A stretch of DNA of 64,000 bases, from assembly GCF_006345805.1 (NCBI RefSeq), contig NC_043003.1:32116001-32180000 (forward strand). The letters run 5' to 3'. Of this stretch, positions 40,870-54,652 are shown in pieces. Numbering within the stretch: position 1 is the stretch's first letter; the number at the start of each line of letters is the position of its first letter. The notes under the pieces are model-generated. The model did no database searches and was not told the DNA's origin. It saw only the letters and a list, made by a program, of their open reading frames with translations. The translations under genes were made by a program, and so were the position numbers. This DNA is from Octopus sinensis. Its lineage: Eukaryota.

Positions 40870-43750
40870 CAAATTTACAGAAAAACAAAAGACAAAGACA
40901 GGTGTATGTTAGTTTAACGTTGGGGAAATAGAGAAAGTCTTTTTACGTTTTGAGACTACGCTCTTCAACAGAAAGGAAGACGAGAAATTAAATAGAGAGA
41001 GAAAAAAAACTTTAAGAGCTAGCGGTCAATCGTGATGGTTGGCTGAACAAAAGTAGTTAGATAGAACTAGGAAGAAGGGGGAGATAGTAAAGTACTGGTG
41101 ATCCCAAAACGAAGGTGCTTGTGCGTGTGTATGTGGTAGTGTGTAAGCGTGTGTATGTGGTAGTGTGTAAGCGTGTGCGTGTGGTCAGAGGCTGGTGACT
41201 TTGACGTGCAGATGTGTGCATGTGGATGATGGTGTGGGTGCTGGGAAGTGGTCAGTGCTAGTGTGTGCGGGGTGGTGTGATGTGGTGGCGTGTGGTTTGG
41301 TGGTGTGGCGTGGTGGTGTGTGGTGTGGTAGTGTGGAGTTGTGTGGCGTGTTGAGGTGTGAGGATGTGAGGGTGGGGTGTGGTTTAGTGTGAGGATTTGG
41401 GGTAGGGTGGAGTATGTGGAAGTGGGATGTGTAGGGGCCGGGGTGTGGTGTTGGGGTTGGGATGTGTAGGGATGGTGTGTGTATGGAGGGGGTATCAAAG
41501 AATGGAGAAGGTGGATAGGAGCGAAGAGATAGGTATCAGAGCAAGAGGGGGATGAGACATGGGTAACGGTGAAGAGAGGAAGTAGGTGTGAGATGGAGAA
41601 AGGAGAGGAAGAGAGAAAGGTGTGAGATGAAGAGAAGAGAGGAGTGGAGGCAGATGAAAGGGGCGAAGATAGAAGATTAAATCTTGTTCACGGTGAAGGC
41701 TGAAGTCCGGATGGCCCCTGTGCATAGACACTCCCAACAAAGACAGGTGTCCCAATGAATGACCGGTAACGCAAAAAAGGCACGAGACCTGGGTGTCGTT
41801 GTCGAGTTTAATGTCTCGGAGGTGCTCCGCGAACCGGTTAACCAAGCGGTGTCCCGTTTGACCGATGTACTGAGAAGGATAGAAAGAGATGCACCAAATG
41901 ACGTTGCTAGAAATGCATTTATAGGAGTCAGTGATATGATAGGGGCGATGATGGTAGTGTTGGAGAGGTAGGGGTAAGTGCGGCACCGTGGGCGGGAGCA
42001 CAAGAATGACCCAGGTTGGGAGGTGGGGTTAGGGAAGGAACTGGACCAAGAGGTCGCCCAGGATGTGGGTTCGTTTGAAGAATGGGAGCGATAGGTTGGG
42101 GAAGATTTGCGAAGTGGAGGTTTGGGACCGGAGTCGCCGGAAGGCTCGGAGAATGGTGCGTTGCAGGGGCAGGGTGGAGGGGTGGTAGGTAAGGGGAAAC
42201 CAGAGACGGGTACAGGGATAGAGTAGAGGCACGGTCTACGAAATGTCCTCTGCCAAGGGAAATGTGGACAGTGGTGAGGGGATATCCACGAAGAATGAAG
42301 TGGGGAGCTATGAGTGGAGACTGAGTCTCAAAGACAGCCTGTGCAGACGGAGGGATTTGGGAGTAGGGGATGGAGAGCTTCGTGTGAGTAGGGTGAGAGG
42401 AGGAGAATTTGCGGTTTGTGTGTGAGTCGGTATGTTTGGTTTAGAGGGCAGAGGGCAGTAGAAGGAGGTATCTTGACGTTTGAGGAGAGCTTCAGCCCCG
42501 TACAGTTTCACGCGCCACACAGCTACGGCTCTACCCTTGTCGGCCGGTTTTATGAAAATGTATTTCCGGCGTCGGAGACATCGAAGAGCCGAGAGTTCGG
42601 CTGAGGAGATGTTCAGATGTCGGGGACGCCTGCTAAAGTTAAACCGGTCCACAACACGTTGACAAATGCTTGCAAAATGATCGACCGCTTGGAACAGGCC
42701 AAGAGCTGGCGTCCAGTGGGATGGACGGCGGCGCAGGTTGGTGAAGCAGTCCTATTCGTTAGATGCAGGTGGAGCGTTGTGGAATAGTGAATATAGCCTG
42801 ACACGGCGCACAAAGATATGAATATTAGCACGAGTCTGAAATTTGTTAGTGGATGGAGTGAAGGGGATGAACTGCAGGCCCCTATTGAGAAGGGAGCGCC
42901 AGAATGGTAACAGCAGACTGAAGCGGGGAGGGGTGGATAGGTCAGATGTGGGAGAAGTGGTGTTGGTAGTCGAAGGCTGAGAGGACAGAGATGTGGGGTA
43001 ATTGTGTTGGGTGGAGTGACGGAGGGCTTGGGGTGAAGATGAGGGGGAAGCGTATCGGGGAGGGAGTTGGATTTAGTGATATCGGGTGTGACAGAACGTA
43101 TCACCACAACTTTCTCTCACTCTTCCTGTTTCTGTTGTACCTGTATTTCAAAGCGCTAGCCTTGTCACACTCTGTCACGCTGAATCTCCCCGAGAACTAC
43201 ATTAAGGCTACACGTGTCTGTGGAGTACTCAGCTACTTGAACAAGCAGGCTGATCTGTTGATTGGATCAACTGGAACCATCGTCGTCGTAACCGACGGAG
43301 TGTCGTCCACTCTCGCCTCCCCCACCTCCCCAAAACATCACACCACACCACACTACACCATACAACATTACACATGACATCACAACACACCACCCACACA
43401 CCCCTCCGCACATTTTCACACCTTCACATACATACACGCACACGTCCATACATACTCTCTTATACACACACGCACCTTCGAGTTGGGGGTCATCTTCACT
43501 TTGTTATCTCCCCTACTTTCCTCCTCGTGTGTGACCCTTCTGTCCGAGTCAGACGCCATGATAGATCGTTAGCCACTACACACATTTTTTTCTCTCCTTG
43601 TTCCTCTCCTTATTTTCTGTGTCCCTTTCTGTAGAAGAGAGTAGGCTCGAAACGTAAAAGCTTTTTCTATTCCTGAGCGTTATACTAATACATCTGTTTG
43701 TTTTGTACACCACCCGTCTTCGTCTTTTGTTTTTTCCGTAAACTCTCCCT
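40870..43750 (-). mobile_element. Penelope-like element with RT core deleted and an inverted copy of its 3' repeat
   Basis: Minus-strand fragments: IFIKPADKGRAVAVW (42308-42652), TYHPSTLPLQRTILRAF (42029-42232), GIY-YIG YIGQTGHRLVNRFAEHLRDI (41495-42001). The 3' repeat (40870 to about 41460) recurs inverted at about 43330-43750. Confidence 0.85.
43105..43305 (+). mobile_element. Family 2 SINE 3' fragment
   Basis: Matches 40375-40595. Confidence 0.8.
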
Positions 43751-45964
43751 ATATATATATATATATACTCATAAACATATGTAGGTAATATTGTTTCTTT
43801 TTATGTTCACTTTCAATAAAAAAAAATTGCACAATGATTTGAAGTATTAGTCTATAATATTGTAGAGTACAAATTTATTATTCTTATACAAAAATGTTGT
43901 TTTCAGTAACTTCGAAGTTTATATAGTTGGTGAGTTCTTTGTTTGAATATATTTCATTTGGTTACACCACGCATAATAATTCTATTCATTGATAAACAGA
44001 CAAATATATTTTTCAATATTCGTTTGTACTCAGCACTTTGCTTATACCTTGGTGTGACTATTGTCATAAAATTAGTTGTATATGTAGAGCGTGTTTGCAT
44101 CTGTTTCAGAGGAAACTATTCAATGGAAATATATCTCTGTGAAAGGTAGAACATAGAAACACAATAAAACATTAATACGATATATAGGAAAGAAAGTCAA
44201 TGACTATTGTGTGTACACAAAGAAAACAGAATCACATGCTATATATGCAGATGCTTTGCATTCATGCATCAGGACATTTATCGCATTAAATACAGAGGCC
44301 AAATAAGAATTATGAATACGTACACATTTCTTCACGCGAGCCAGCTGAGTTGAAAGTATGTATGTATATATGTATGTATGTACGTACATATGCATGTATG
44401 TGTCCATGTATATATGTTTGTTTGTATGTATGTATGTATGTATGCATGCATGTATGTATGTATGTATGTATGTATGTATGTATGTCATTGTTCAGCTTTA
44501 TTTCTTGCCAATAGAGAAAGAACCGGTTTCCAACCAAGATATAAGGCTCCTCCATTGGAATTTCAGCATCAACAACAGGGTATTTTCGTATGTATGTATG
44601 TATGTATGTATGTATGTATGTATGTATGTATGTATGTATGTATGTATGTATGTATGTATGTATGTATGTATGTATGTATGTATATGTATATATTTGTATG
44701 TTTTGCTTTATGTAAGTATTCTCATGCATATAGTTGCATAACAAGACATGCTCTTATATATATTTAAATGATAAACGTCCGGAAAGTCTTACAAACTTTT
44801 ACAGTTCCAGTGACGCATTGGATTTGTAGTCTTCGAATTAACATTCTCCTTTCTGGTTTTGAGAAGCCTAACTTCTTAAGTTTGCTATTTAGACAGTGTG
44901 TTTCATATACTAGGGCCGCAATAATTACAGATATACACCTGGACTTGTAATCTGATAGAGTAACTTCAGATTTCTCAATAGTTCGGCGTAGGTATTCTCT
45001 TTTTCACAGATCTTCAGCTTTATGTTAACATCAGCTGTGCAGCTAATTTCAACAACTGTACACAGTTTCTCTTCTCAGCTCAAATCACTATATCAGGTTT
45101 GTTGTGCTTACATTTTATTGCGGTCTTCGCTGGGACATTCCACAAGTACTCCATGGGCCCCTCAAACGATATGTGGAATTGTAGATCAAATTTAGATGGA
45201 TGGATTAGAGGTGCAAGGAAAGCGATGCCCTTTGCTGTTCCGAGAGATTGGCGAGAACCAAAAAATCATCTCGATGATTGCTATTTTTGCACGGTTGTTA
45301 TATCAAGTAAAGCGTTAAGGGAAGAGAAGCCCTTTTTTATCCGAGCATTCAATCCTCCATTACACCTGTGCCACATGATAACCTACCGGTTCCCCGGTCA
45401 CCAGAAAATGTTAGTACATCCTGTTAAAGTGTTAATAACTAATTTAAATTTCATGCATGGTAACAGAATCAATATTGAAATAATATGTGATTAGACATAC
45501 AATTCTTATTAAGGTTTCAACTATTAATTGCAACATTTAAAATTTTTCAGGTAGAGGATATGATGGAGATCTCAGCAGGAGAGTTTCAAGTTGGCAACAA
45601 TGAAAAAGGGATGAAATATTTGAACCAGGAACAAGTATCTGTCAACACTTTCCAGATCAAAGTGAGCAGGGTGATCTCATTAGGGACTTGAGTCTCAGTA
45701 AGTCAGGAGCTGAGCTTTTAGTATCCAGGCTGAATGAATGGAATTTCTTGGGGAAGGACTGCAGATTAACAGTATACAGGAGGAACCATAAGAAATTGGA
45801 AGTATACTTTAACAGCTTGTTTATAGCTATTAGAATTGATAACAACCCTGAAAAATGTTGAGCTTTCATAGATAGCTCAACAAAAAGCCCCAAAGCCGCT
45901 TTATTACACAATGTAAATCAGCATCCCTGCCTATTGCATACTCAGTACAGATGAAGGAAGAATA

Positions 45965-48345
45965 GTTAGTTAGTTAGTTAGTTAATTTGGCTCAAAAGCA
46001 AATAGCAAGGCCATGTAGGGGGACATGGAGTTAAGTACAGGGTGGTGTTCATGTAAAGAGTTCAGGCCACTTGAGGTCAAGGGAGGCTTTGAACAAAGCG
46101 ATCGTCGGCATCTTCACCATCTCGTCTGGCAGCTTGTTCCACGGATCCGCAACCCGGACGGAGAAAGCTCCTCTCCTTCGATTGAGATGAAATCGTCGCA
46201 GGTAGAGCTTTTCGGAATGACCCCGCAGCCGACACTCTGGAGCAGGAGTGAAGAACAGCTCTTTCAAGAGGTTACACTTTCCGCTTATGATGCTGTGGGC
46301 GAGAATGAGATCACCACGGCGGTGGCGTTTTTCTAGAGAATAAAGGTCGAGCGTCCTCAGCCTTTCTTCATAGAACAAATTTTTGAGACCATGAACCATG
46401 CGGGTAGCCAGCTTCTGGACTCTTTCGAGATGCTGTATGTCTTTGAGGAGATAAGGAGAAGAGGCTTGAATCCCGTATTCCAATATGGGTCTCACCACGT
46501 GACATAGAGTGGTAGGAATATGGCTGCTGTGAGCATTCCGAATGACCGTCGAATCAAGAACAGAATTCCGCGTGCTTTGTTGGCAGCATGGACGCACTGG
46601 GCCGAAGGCGAAAAGGAGGAATCCACCAAGATAGCCAGGTCCTTTACCTGATCGGTCCTCTCCAGCAGCAGACGACCCGGCTCGAAATCAAGTTGAGTTG
46701 CAGGAGGAGAGCCAACAGGCAGATGACAGCACTTTGACACGTTCAGACACAGGTCCCATTCGTTAGACCACCTCCAAATTTGGTGGAAGCATCGACGAAG
46801 ATTCTCTATATCACCGCAAGGAGCGACCAGTTTGACATCGTCGGCAAATAGAAGGGTGTGTTGCGTGAGGTCGTCGGGCAAGACTAAGAACAATAAGGGC
46901 CCAAGCACTGAACCTTGAGGCACACCACTGCTCGCACTGGAGACGTCGGACCGCGAACCATTAACTTGGACATGGAAGGAGCGATCTGAGAGGAAGGCAC
47001 CAACCCATCGTACAATATCCGGATGGAAACTATATGCTTGAAGCTTGACAAGTAATAGGCGGTGGTTTACCGAGTCAAAAGCTTTGGCAAAGTCCAATAA
47101 AACGATGTCAACAGCATCACTATCATCGAGGATGCGCGTCACCAATTCTTCCATTACCAGTAAGTTGGTCAAGCATGATCTCTTCGGCACGAAGCCGTGT
47201 TGGGAATCAGAGATGGAGGCTGTGTTTTGGAGGTGGAGCATCATACTTTTCTTAAGGATGGTTTCGAACATCTTGCTGATTATTGATGTAAGGGAAACCG
47301 GTCGGTGGTTAAGCGGGTCTTCGCGGCTCCCTTTCTTGAAAATTGGGCAGATTATCGCTGTTCTCCAGTCCGCAGGTATAACACCTGTCGCCAATGACAA
47401 ATTGAATAGACGTGTTAAGTCTCGTGGGTGTAAGCCGTCAGGGCCGTGACTCTTGTTGACATCGAGGCCTTGAATAACACGTTTGACTTCGTCCCGCGTG
47501 ATGACCAATCGAAGCATTGGAGGTACCGATCTATCAAATGGAGGGGGTTCACGACCATCATCTTGTTTGAAAATAGTTGAAAAAACCTCGGCGAATAATT
47601 GACTCTGATGATACGGGCCCTCAATCGATACGCCTGTTGAGTCTACCAACGTTGCAATCTGGTTGTTCAAGCGGGAATTCTGTTGGACATGGGCAAAGAA
47701 GGTTTTTGGATTGCTACTGGCATTTGCCGCGATTTTGTATTCATAACTGAAGCGTTCTTCCTTTTCAATTTTCACGGCTCGGTCTCTTTGAGTTTTGTAC
47801 ACCTTAAAAGCTGCAGTCGAATCCAGATTTTTCAATTCAGCCCAAGCAATATCTCTGAGTCGAAGTTCTCGTTTAACCCTCTTCGTCACCCAGGGCTTGT
47901 GTTTCTTCTCCTTGGGAAGCCCAACGGGAACTGCCTGGTCGTCAACCAGATTACATATGCTTTGAGGGATGACCATAGTTCGTCAACTGAGGACAACGTC
48001 ATCAGGGATCGCCAGTCCAGAAGCGCGGAAGCCTCGGTTAGAATTTCAAGATTAATTGCAGAGAAGACTCTACGTGGCAGCGAAGTAGTCGTGGGCGTAG
48101 AAAAAGTTGTGTGCATGACGAACTTCAGGACCGCATGATCACTCTTGGCAAGAGGGGCGCACACAGATACACAGATAGCGGGAGAATACCAGATCCAGCA
48201 TAGATGGCTGCTGCCCAGACCGATGCCTTGTCGGATATTCAACATGTTGCGATAGAAAATAATCTTCAGCCACGTCAAGAAGGGCCTGGCTGAACCGGGA
48301 AGATGATGTACAAATTGATGCGGGCCAATCGATCGTGGGTGCGTT
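45965..48345 (-). mobile_element. 5'-truncated CR1-clade LINE with (TAAC)n tail and 5-bp TSD GAATA
   Basis: TSDs at 45960-45964 and 48346-48350; ORF2 pieces: APE C-terminus (APLAKSDHAVLKF), RT and C-terminal region; tail TTAACTAACTAACTAACTAAC. Confidence 0.93.
46049..47976 (-). pseudogene. CR1 ORF2 reverse transcriptase, frameshifted and with small deletions
   Basis: RPVSLTSIISKMFE, QHGFVPKRSCLTNLL, LDFAKAFDSVNH, SGVPQGSVLGPLLFL, FADDVKL; then RPILEYG...LERVQKLATRMV...RGDLI...RLRGH in another frame. Confidence 0.93.
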
Positions 48346-49840
48346 GAATATGACAATATAAAAGAGCTTCTTGGGAAAGTAAACTATAAGTTTAAATGGG
48401 ATGTTTGTTGTGACTTTGAAATACTTGCATTCTTACTTGGATTACATGGTGTGTACAATAAGTATTCGTGTTTTCTTTGTCTGTGGGACAGTAGGGCTGA
48501 TCATTAACATCATGAGAAGGCTGAGTGACCCCCACGAGATGACCTCCAGCCAGGAAAGCTAAATGTTATAAGACAACCTCTTGTAGAACCTGCAAAAGTG
48601 TTGTTACCTCCACTTCTCATAAAGCTAGGTTTGGTAAAATATTTTGTAAAGGCATGGTGGAGAAGCATTTCAAGAAATTCGTCTACTCTTTCCAAATCTT
48701 TCCAAAGCTATCTGAGGCAAAGTTTAAGGGTGGTACATATACTGGACTACAAGTAAAAAAATGCTGAGGTTAGTAATACTTCAAAATGTGATGAGTGATA
48801 TAGAAAGAGAGGCATGGTGTGAATTTCGAGATATTTTCAATGGATTCCTTTGTGATAACAAAGACCCAAACTACAAGCAGCTCGTAGCAAAACATATTGA
48901 GAATTATACGAATTTAGATTGTAGGATGTCATTAAATGTAGAAGTTTTGCATTCGCATCTCCAATTTTCGTGAAAACTTAGATGGAGTGAGGAGCATGGT
49001 GAGAGATTCCATCAGTATATTGTTACAATGGAGAAAAGATACCAAGGAAGATGGGACACTGAAATTATACGAACTATATATGGTCATTGGTGCGTACAGA
49101 TATGAGCTCACAGTAGGAGAGCAAGATCTTCGGTGCATTTCTAGTAAATTCTTATAATCTCTACATAGTTTTGCATACATTTCTAATTACTATAAAAATA
49201 AATATTAGGACAAAGTTTGTTTAGCTCCTATTAATGTACAATGTGAATAAGTTGAATAAAGCCGTATCGCAGATACCTTTTGTTTCCATTCTGTAGAAGA
49301 CCACAATTATCTCCTAAAATATCGACGCCATGCAATTTTCAAGGGTAGTTTTTAAATTACGAGAAACAATACTTTAGAAGCACTAAAAGCATTTAGAGTA
49401 GCAAAACTTGTTACAGTGTTATTTATTCTCAATTACACATATTTCATTTTCTAAGAGGAATTACACATTTTTGCATAATAGATAAAGGGTTGGGATTTAC
49501 TGTTACTACCTATATGAATATATACAATTATATATATATATATATATTTATGTCTCTATATGCGTATATATATACATATATAGACGTACATTCGTTATCA
49601 CTCAATTTTTTCCTCCCAAACCTTTGTATAAAAGAGCGTAGGCATGAAACTTCACAGACTTTCCCATACATTCCGAGTGTCAACTTAAATACTTGCTTGT
49701 TGTTCCCTCACCTGTGTCCATCATTTGTTTACTGCAAATTTGAAGTATATATATATATTGGTGCGTATGTGTATGTATACATATGTAAATACACACACAC
49801 CCACACACACCCACATATATATATATGTATTTAGAGATGA

Positions 49841-49875
<35 letters not shown>

Positions 49876-49906
49876 AACATCCAAAAACTTGCAAAGAAGG
49901 TTTTGA

Positions 49907-49960
49907 AACCACCTGAAGAATGTCTCATAGAAGTGCTGACACGAAACGATCGTAGTGGTT
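49907..49960 (+). ncRNA. Type I hammerhead-like ribozyme (family E, canonical CTGAAGA core)
   Basis: AACCAC | CTGAAGA | ATGTC...GACAC (first pair is an A/C mismatch) | GAA | ACGATCGT (palindrome) | A (GUA site) | GTGGTT; the surrounding AT-rich repeat runs into (TA)n on both sides. Confidence 0.72.
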
Positions 49961-50336
49961 ATTTTAATTATATAAAATTTTTTATGTATTGGCTTAAGTC
50001 TTTCTTTGTTTGATTTGCATAATAGTGGTTTTGTCTCTAATTAATATAATATATATATATATATACTTTATAATTAGGGTTCAGCAAATATTTGCTTCAC
50101 CACATACCGAAGTTTAGAAATAGCAGTAAAAAAAAACCTATCTATTCCTTCTACTTTAAAAGGGACTCCCAGAAAAACCAAAGTATATTCATTTTTATAC
50201 CTATCAATCTATCCACCTATGTATGTATGTATGTATGTATGTATGTATGTATGTATGTATGTATGTATGTATGTATGTATGTATGAGTGTGTGTATGTAT
50301 GTATGTATCTATCTATCTACCTATCTATCTATCTAC

Positions 50337-53300
50337 CCAAATGCACCAACGTGGACATGGAGCAACCGCAGTGGGTCGTCGAGATCGTATCTAGATAGGA
50401 TACTGTGTAGGACAGTAGACAGGATACTTAGGATGTCCACATTCCACACAGTCAGCTACACGGATCACAATTGGTGACGTGTACGCTAGACTTAGATAGG
50501 CACATAGACAGGGTCCTGGGTACTGGAAACTGAACGCATCATTCCCGTCCAGACAAGTTTCAGAGACCGGATTAGCACACTAGTAAAGAGGGCTTTGACG
50601 GGAGCCATCATCAACAACAAATGGTGGTTTGCCCTCAAGAGAGCAGTAAAAGCAGAAGCGATTAGGTACAGCAAAGCACTAGCCATAGATAGAAATAGAG
50701 TAGAGGGTGAGCTAGTTAAGAAGCTAGAAGAGGCAATTAGAAGCGGCATCGCATCCGACGTTTTGGCGGCGAGGTTGGCCCTCGACCAACACTTCAACGC
50801 CAAACACGAAGGATGTGCTGTCAGAGCTAGGATGCGTGCTCTAAGGAACGAAGGTGTTGCAGCCGCGAGAGAGGCCCGGGTGGCAGAGGCGCAACAGGGC
50901 ACAAGCCACCATTCGGTCACTGGTAGATGAACAGGGGCGCGAATTGCTCGAGCCAAGTAAAATGTGTGAGGCCTTTCAGCAGCATTTTGCCCGACTGTTC
51001 GGGACGAGTGGAGGGCAAGAACGTAGGGTAGACTTCAGTGCCTACCTACATAGCCTGCCACGACTCTCGACAAGAAAGGCAGGGTGCTGCGAAGGTGCCA
51101 TCACGGCGGCGGAAGTGCGGGAAGCGATGGCAGAATGCTCGAGGGACAAATCACCGGGTTTGGATGGTCTACCCTACGAATTTTACTATTGTATGCCAGA
51201 CTTGTTTGGGACTCTTGGCAGCGGTATACTGCAACTGGCAGCAAAACGGGAGCATACCCGGTTTTGTGAGTCGAGGAGCTGTAACTCTGCTGAAGAAAGA
51301 TCCAAACAAGGGAAACATTATAGATAACTTTAGGCCAATCACTCTGCTCAATGCAGACCTGAAAATTTTGACAAAGGTGTTAGCCAAGAGGTTGGCGCTT
51401 GTCATGGAGAAACTGGTCGACAACGCACAAACGTGCGCCGTGCCGGGCCGGAGCATCCATGACAACCTCCATCTGATGCGCTACATCATACACAGGGTAG
51501 TTAACGAACCTGGCATGGGTGGGGCCCTGATCAACTTGGATCAATCGAAAGCCTTTGATAGGGTAGACCATCGATATTGGAGGCAGTCCTGAGAGCGGCT
51601 GGTTTCGGTCCCGTCTTCCGCGGCTGGATAGCTGCCTTGTACAGAGGCATCCGTTCGGTAATTCGCGTAAATGGACATCTATCGAGACCCTTCGACATTG
51701 CACGTTCGGTCCGTCAGGGATGCCCCCTCTCGGCGCTTCTATACGTATTGACTCTTGAGCCACTACAGCGGAAGCTGGCGACTCTGAGGGGCATCCCGCG
51801 AGAATTAGGATGCGGGACGAGCGTGTCTGCATACGCGGACGACGTCACCGTCATAGTGTCAAGCCACGAGCACATCGAGCGGGTCGGCGAGACACTGAAA
51901 GACTACGCAGCGGTGACAGGAGCAAAAATCAACCGAGAAAAGTCAGTGGGCTTGCGGCTCGGCACCTGGAGAAGCAAGCCCATGCCGTCCACCAGTACCT
52001 CCGTCGTGGGACGCTGGACAGACGGCCCGGTTGAGTTGCTCGGGGTCTGGTTCGGTCCGGACCTCCAAATGGAGAAGAACTGGAACGAGATAACGAGTAG
52101 GGTGGTCCTCTCGCCCAGCAATGGGCCGAGAGGAAACTGTCCCTAAAAGGTCGGGCGGAGGTGGTGAACGCGTACATCGCGTCCATCATCTACTACCGCC
52201 TGACCGTCGTACCTTGTCCCGACCCTACCATCACCAAACTAGAACGCATCCTCTTCCGCTTCTTGTGGAAAGGATGCGTCCCGATGGTCAGGCGATCCAT
52301 TTGCTGTCAACACCCGTTAAAAAGAGGGCTGGGCATGCCGTGGTTGATGATGCGCAGACACGCGCGCTGAGACTGCGACATCTCCGGCTCTATGTAGACG
52401 ACGGTGAACAGGTGTGGTCGCCGTTTGTGAGGCACGCATTCCCGCAACTCGTCTCCATGACCGAACTACAGTCGTGGATCAAAAAGAGGCCGAAGAAGGG
52501 CGAATGGCACCGCGAGTGTCGCGTTGCTCTCAAGCAACTCTGCCGTCCCGGGTCGACCTTAAGTGACTTCAACACAACCAAAGCATTCTATAGGGGATTA
52601 GTGGAGGGGAGGTACGACGACGAGCTCGGGGCAAACCTGGGCGTCGACGAGGAATACCTGACCCGCCTGTTTCAAACGACTTTCGGCCCGGGACCTATGG
52701 ACAACTTCCAGAGATCCCTGGCCTGGCGGTGCTACCGAGAAGCGCTACCCGTTCGGGATAAGCTCTATAGTCATGGCTCGAGAAACACGGGGCCGACCTG
52801 CCCGAGATGCGGGCAGAGCGACGAAACCGCTCTGCACGCAATCGTGCAGTGTCAGCAATTTCCCACCTGTGGGCTTATGTCGAACGACTGCTGTCACGTG
52901 TGGGACGTGTCGGTTTATCAGCCGAGTCTATCGTTAATATCGTCACGCCTCCTTCCTTCAAACGGGAAGGAAGAGCTATTTTTATCATACTTGTGGCTAT
53001 GGCGAAAGAATGTATCTGGTGGACGCGTCTGAAAGGATTAGAGACAAACACTTTCCTCTCTGGTCAATCTCTCATCAACTTCTTCAAGTATCACTTGAAG
53101 AAAAAAGTGAGAGTAGAGAGGCAAGTTTTGTCTAGTGAATGTTTTAAAAAAAGATGGGTGAATGTAGCAAGGATGGCACGTATGAATGACGAAGCCACCT
53201 TGACTATGATTCTATGAACCGTAAAAATTAATACAGAGAGTTGCTTATTTGCAAAAAAAAAAAAAAGAAATATAACATGTGACTTCATTGACCAAGGTTA

Positions 53301-53618
53301 CCGTGGTCTTTTCCGTAGGCTTTTCTTTCCACGGGTAAACCTCACCTGTCCTCCCCTTTACACTTCATATTGACATTTCTGTGATAACGATCCCTATTGA
53401 TCAATTTTTTTTCCTCTCCCCCTTTTTTTTAACCCCCCCCTTTTTTTGTCCTCTTTCTCTCCTTTTACGATCCCTTTTGATCGACCCCCCTTTTTTATTT
53501 TATTTTTATTTTATTTTTTATTTTTTAATTTTTTTTATTTTTTAAACCTTCAAAAGAAAAGCTCTACCTTGTAATTTGTTCTATCTGTGTGCAGCCCTGT
53601 GTGGCTAATAAGGAAACA
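50337..53618 (+). mobile_element. 5'-truncated Tx1/L1-clade LINE in a (TATC)n array
   Basis: APE end (TWSN...SYLDRIL...YTDH; PGYWKLN), RT (SPGLDGLPYEFY; FRPITLLNADLKILTKVLAKRL; LDQSKAFDRVDH; SVRQGCPLSALLY; AYADDVTV), CPRCG...ETALHAIVQC finger, T-rich 3' UTR ending GCTAATAAGGAAAC before (TATC)n. Confidence 0.94.
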
Positions 53619-53711
<93 letters not shown>

Positions 53712-54103
53712 GACTGTCTGTCTGTTTGTTTGCCTGTTTGCCTTTATGTCTGTCTGCCAGTCTACCTTCCGGTCTACAGAGTGACAGTCTGTCTATCTTT
53801 TTTCAGTATCAACATGTACGTATGTTTGTATGTATGTATATTAACAAAAATACATTTAGTTTTTTATTGTTGCATTTGTCATAAATGGACTCGAGTGATT
53901 ACCATAGTAACATTGTTCCTCCATTGGATATATAGCACTTGGCAAAGTGGAATTGTCCAGAATTCAAGTGGGTAGGTGTGTGCCTGATGTGAGCTTTTGT
54001 ACCTGACCTTCCAATGATAAGTCTAGGATAGATAAAAAAGTAGAGAACCGTTTTCCCAGAAAGCCATAAACACAGGAAGACGTTCAGTAAGAATTCCATA
54101 TAT

Positions 54104-54116
54104 ATGTATAATAATA

Positions 54117-54177
<61 letters not shown>

Positions 54178-54413
54178 TATAATAGTAATAATAATAATAA
54201 TAATAATTAATTATAATAGTAATGATAATAATTATAATAGTAATAATAATAATAATAATAATAATTATAATAGTAATAATAATAATAATTATTATTATTA
54301 TAATAGTAATAATAATAATTATAATAATAATAATTATAATAGTAATAATAATAATTATAATAATAATAATAATAGTAATAGTAATAATAATAATAATAAT
54401 AGTAATAATAATA

Positions 54414-54465
<52 letters not shown>
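54104..54465. repeat. (AAT)n microsatellite with AGT/TAT variants
   Basis: Directly visible. Confidence 0.97.
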
Positions 54466-54466
<1 letters not shown>

Positions 54467-54652
54467 TGAGGGAATATTATTTCAAACCTACAGGGAAAAA
54501 TTCAATTTAGAAATACTAAATCAAATTTCACAAAATATATTATATATATATATATATAAAAATTAGAAAAAACCCACCTTTCATCAAGTAATCTTTCTAA
54601 ATGGTATAATTTAATTTTTCATTATCGAATTGATAAAAGGTGTTTTTTTCTA

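Larger units (their letters stand above)
45099..49418 (+). mobile_element. Decayed cut-and-paste DNA transposon, probably CMC/Chapaev3-type, split by a CR1 LINE
   Basis: Motifs in order: WAPQTICGNC...MPFAVPRDWREPKNHLDDCYFC; DLIRDLSLSK...ELLVSRLNEWN; FIDSSTKSPKAALLHN; SLPIAYSVQMKEE|YDNI...FLCLWDSRA; VLLPPLLIKLGLVKYFVKA; LHSHL; SEEHGERFHQ...MEKRYQGRW. Possible right end ...TTACAGTG at 49418. The family name rests on recalled motifs, and the left TIR was not found. Confidence 0.8.
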
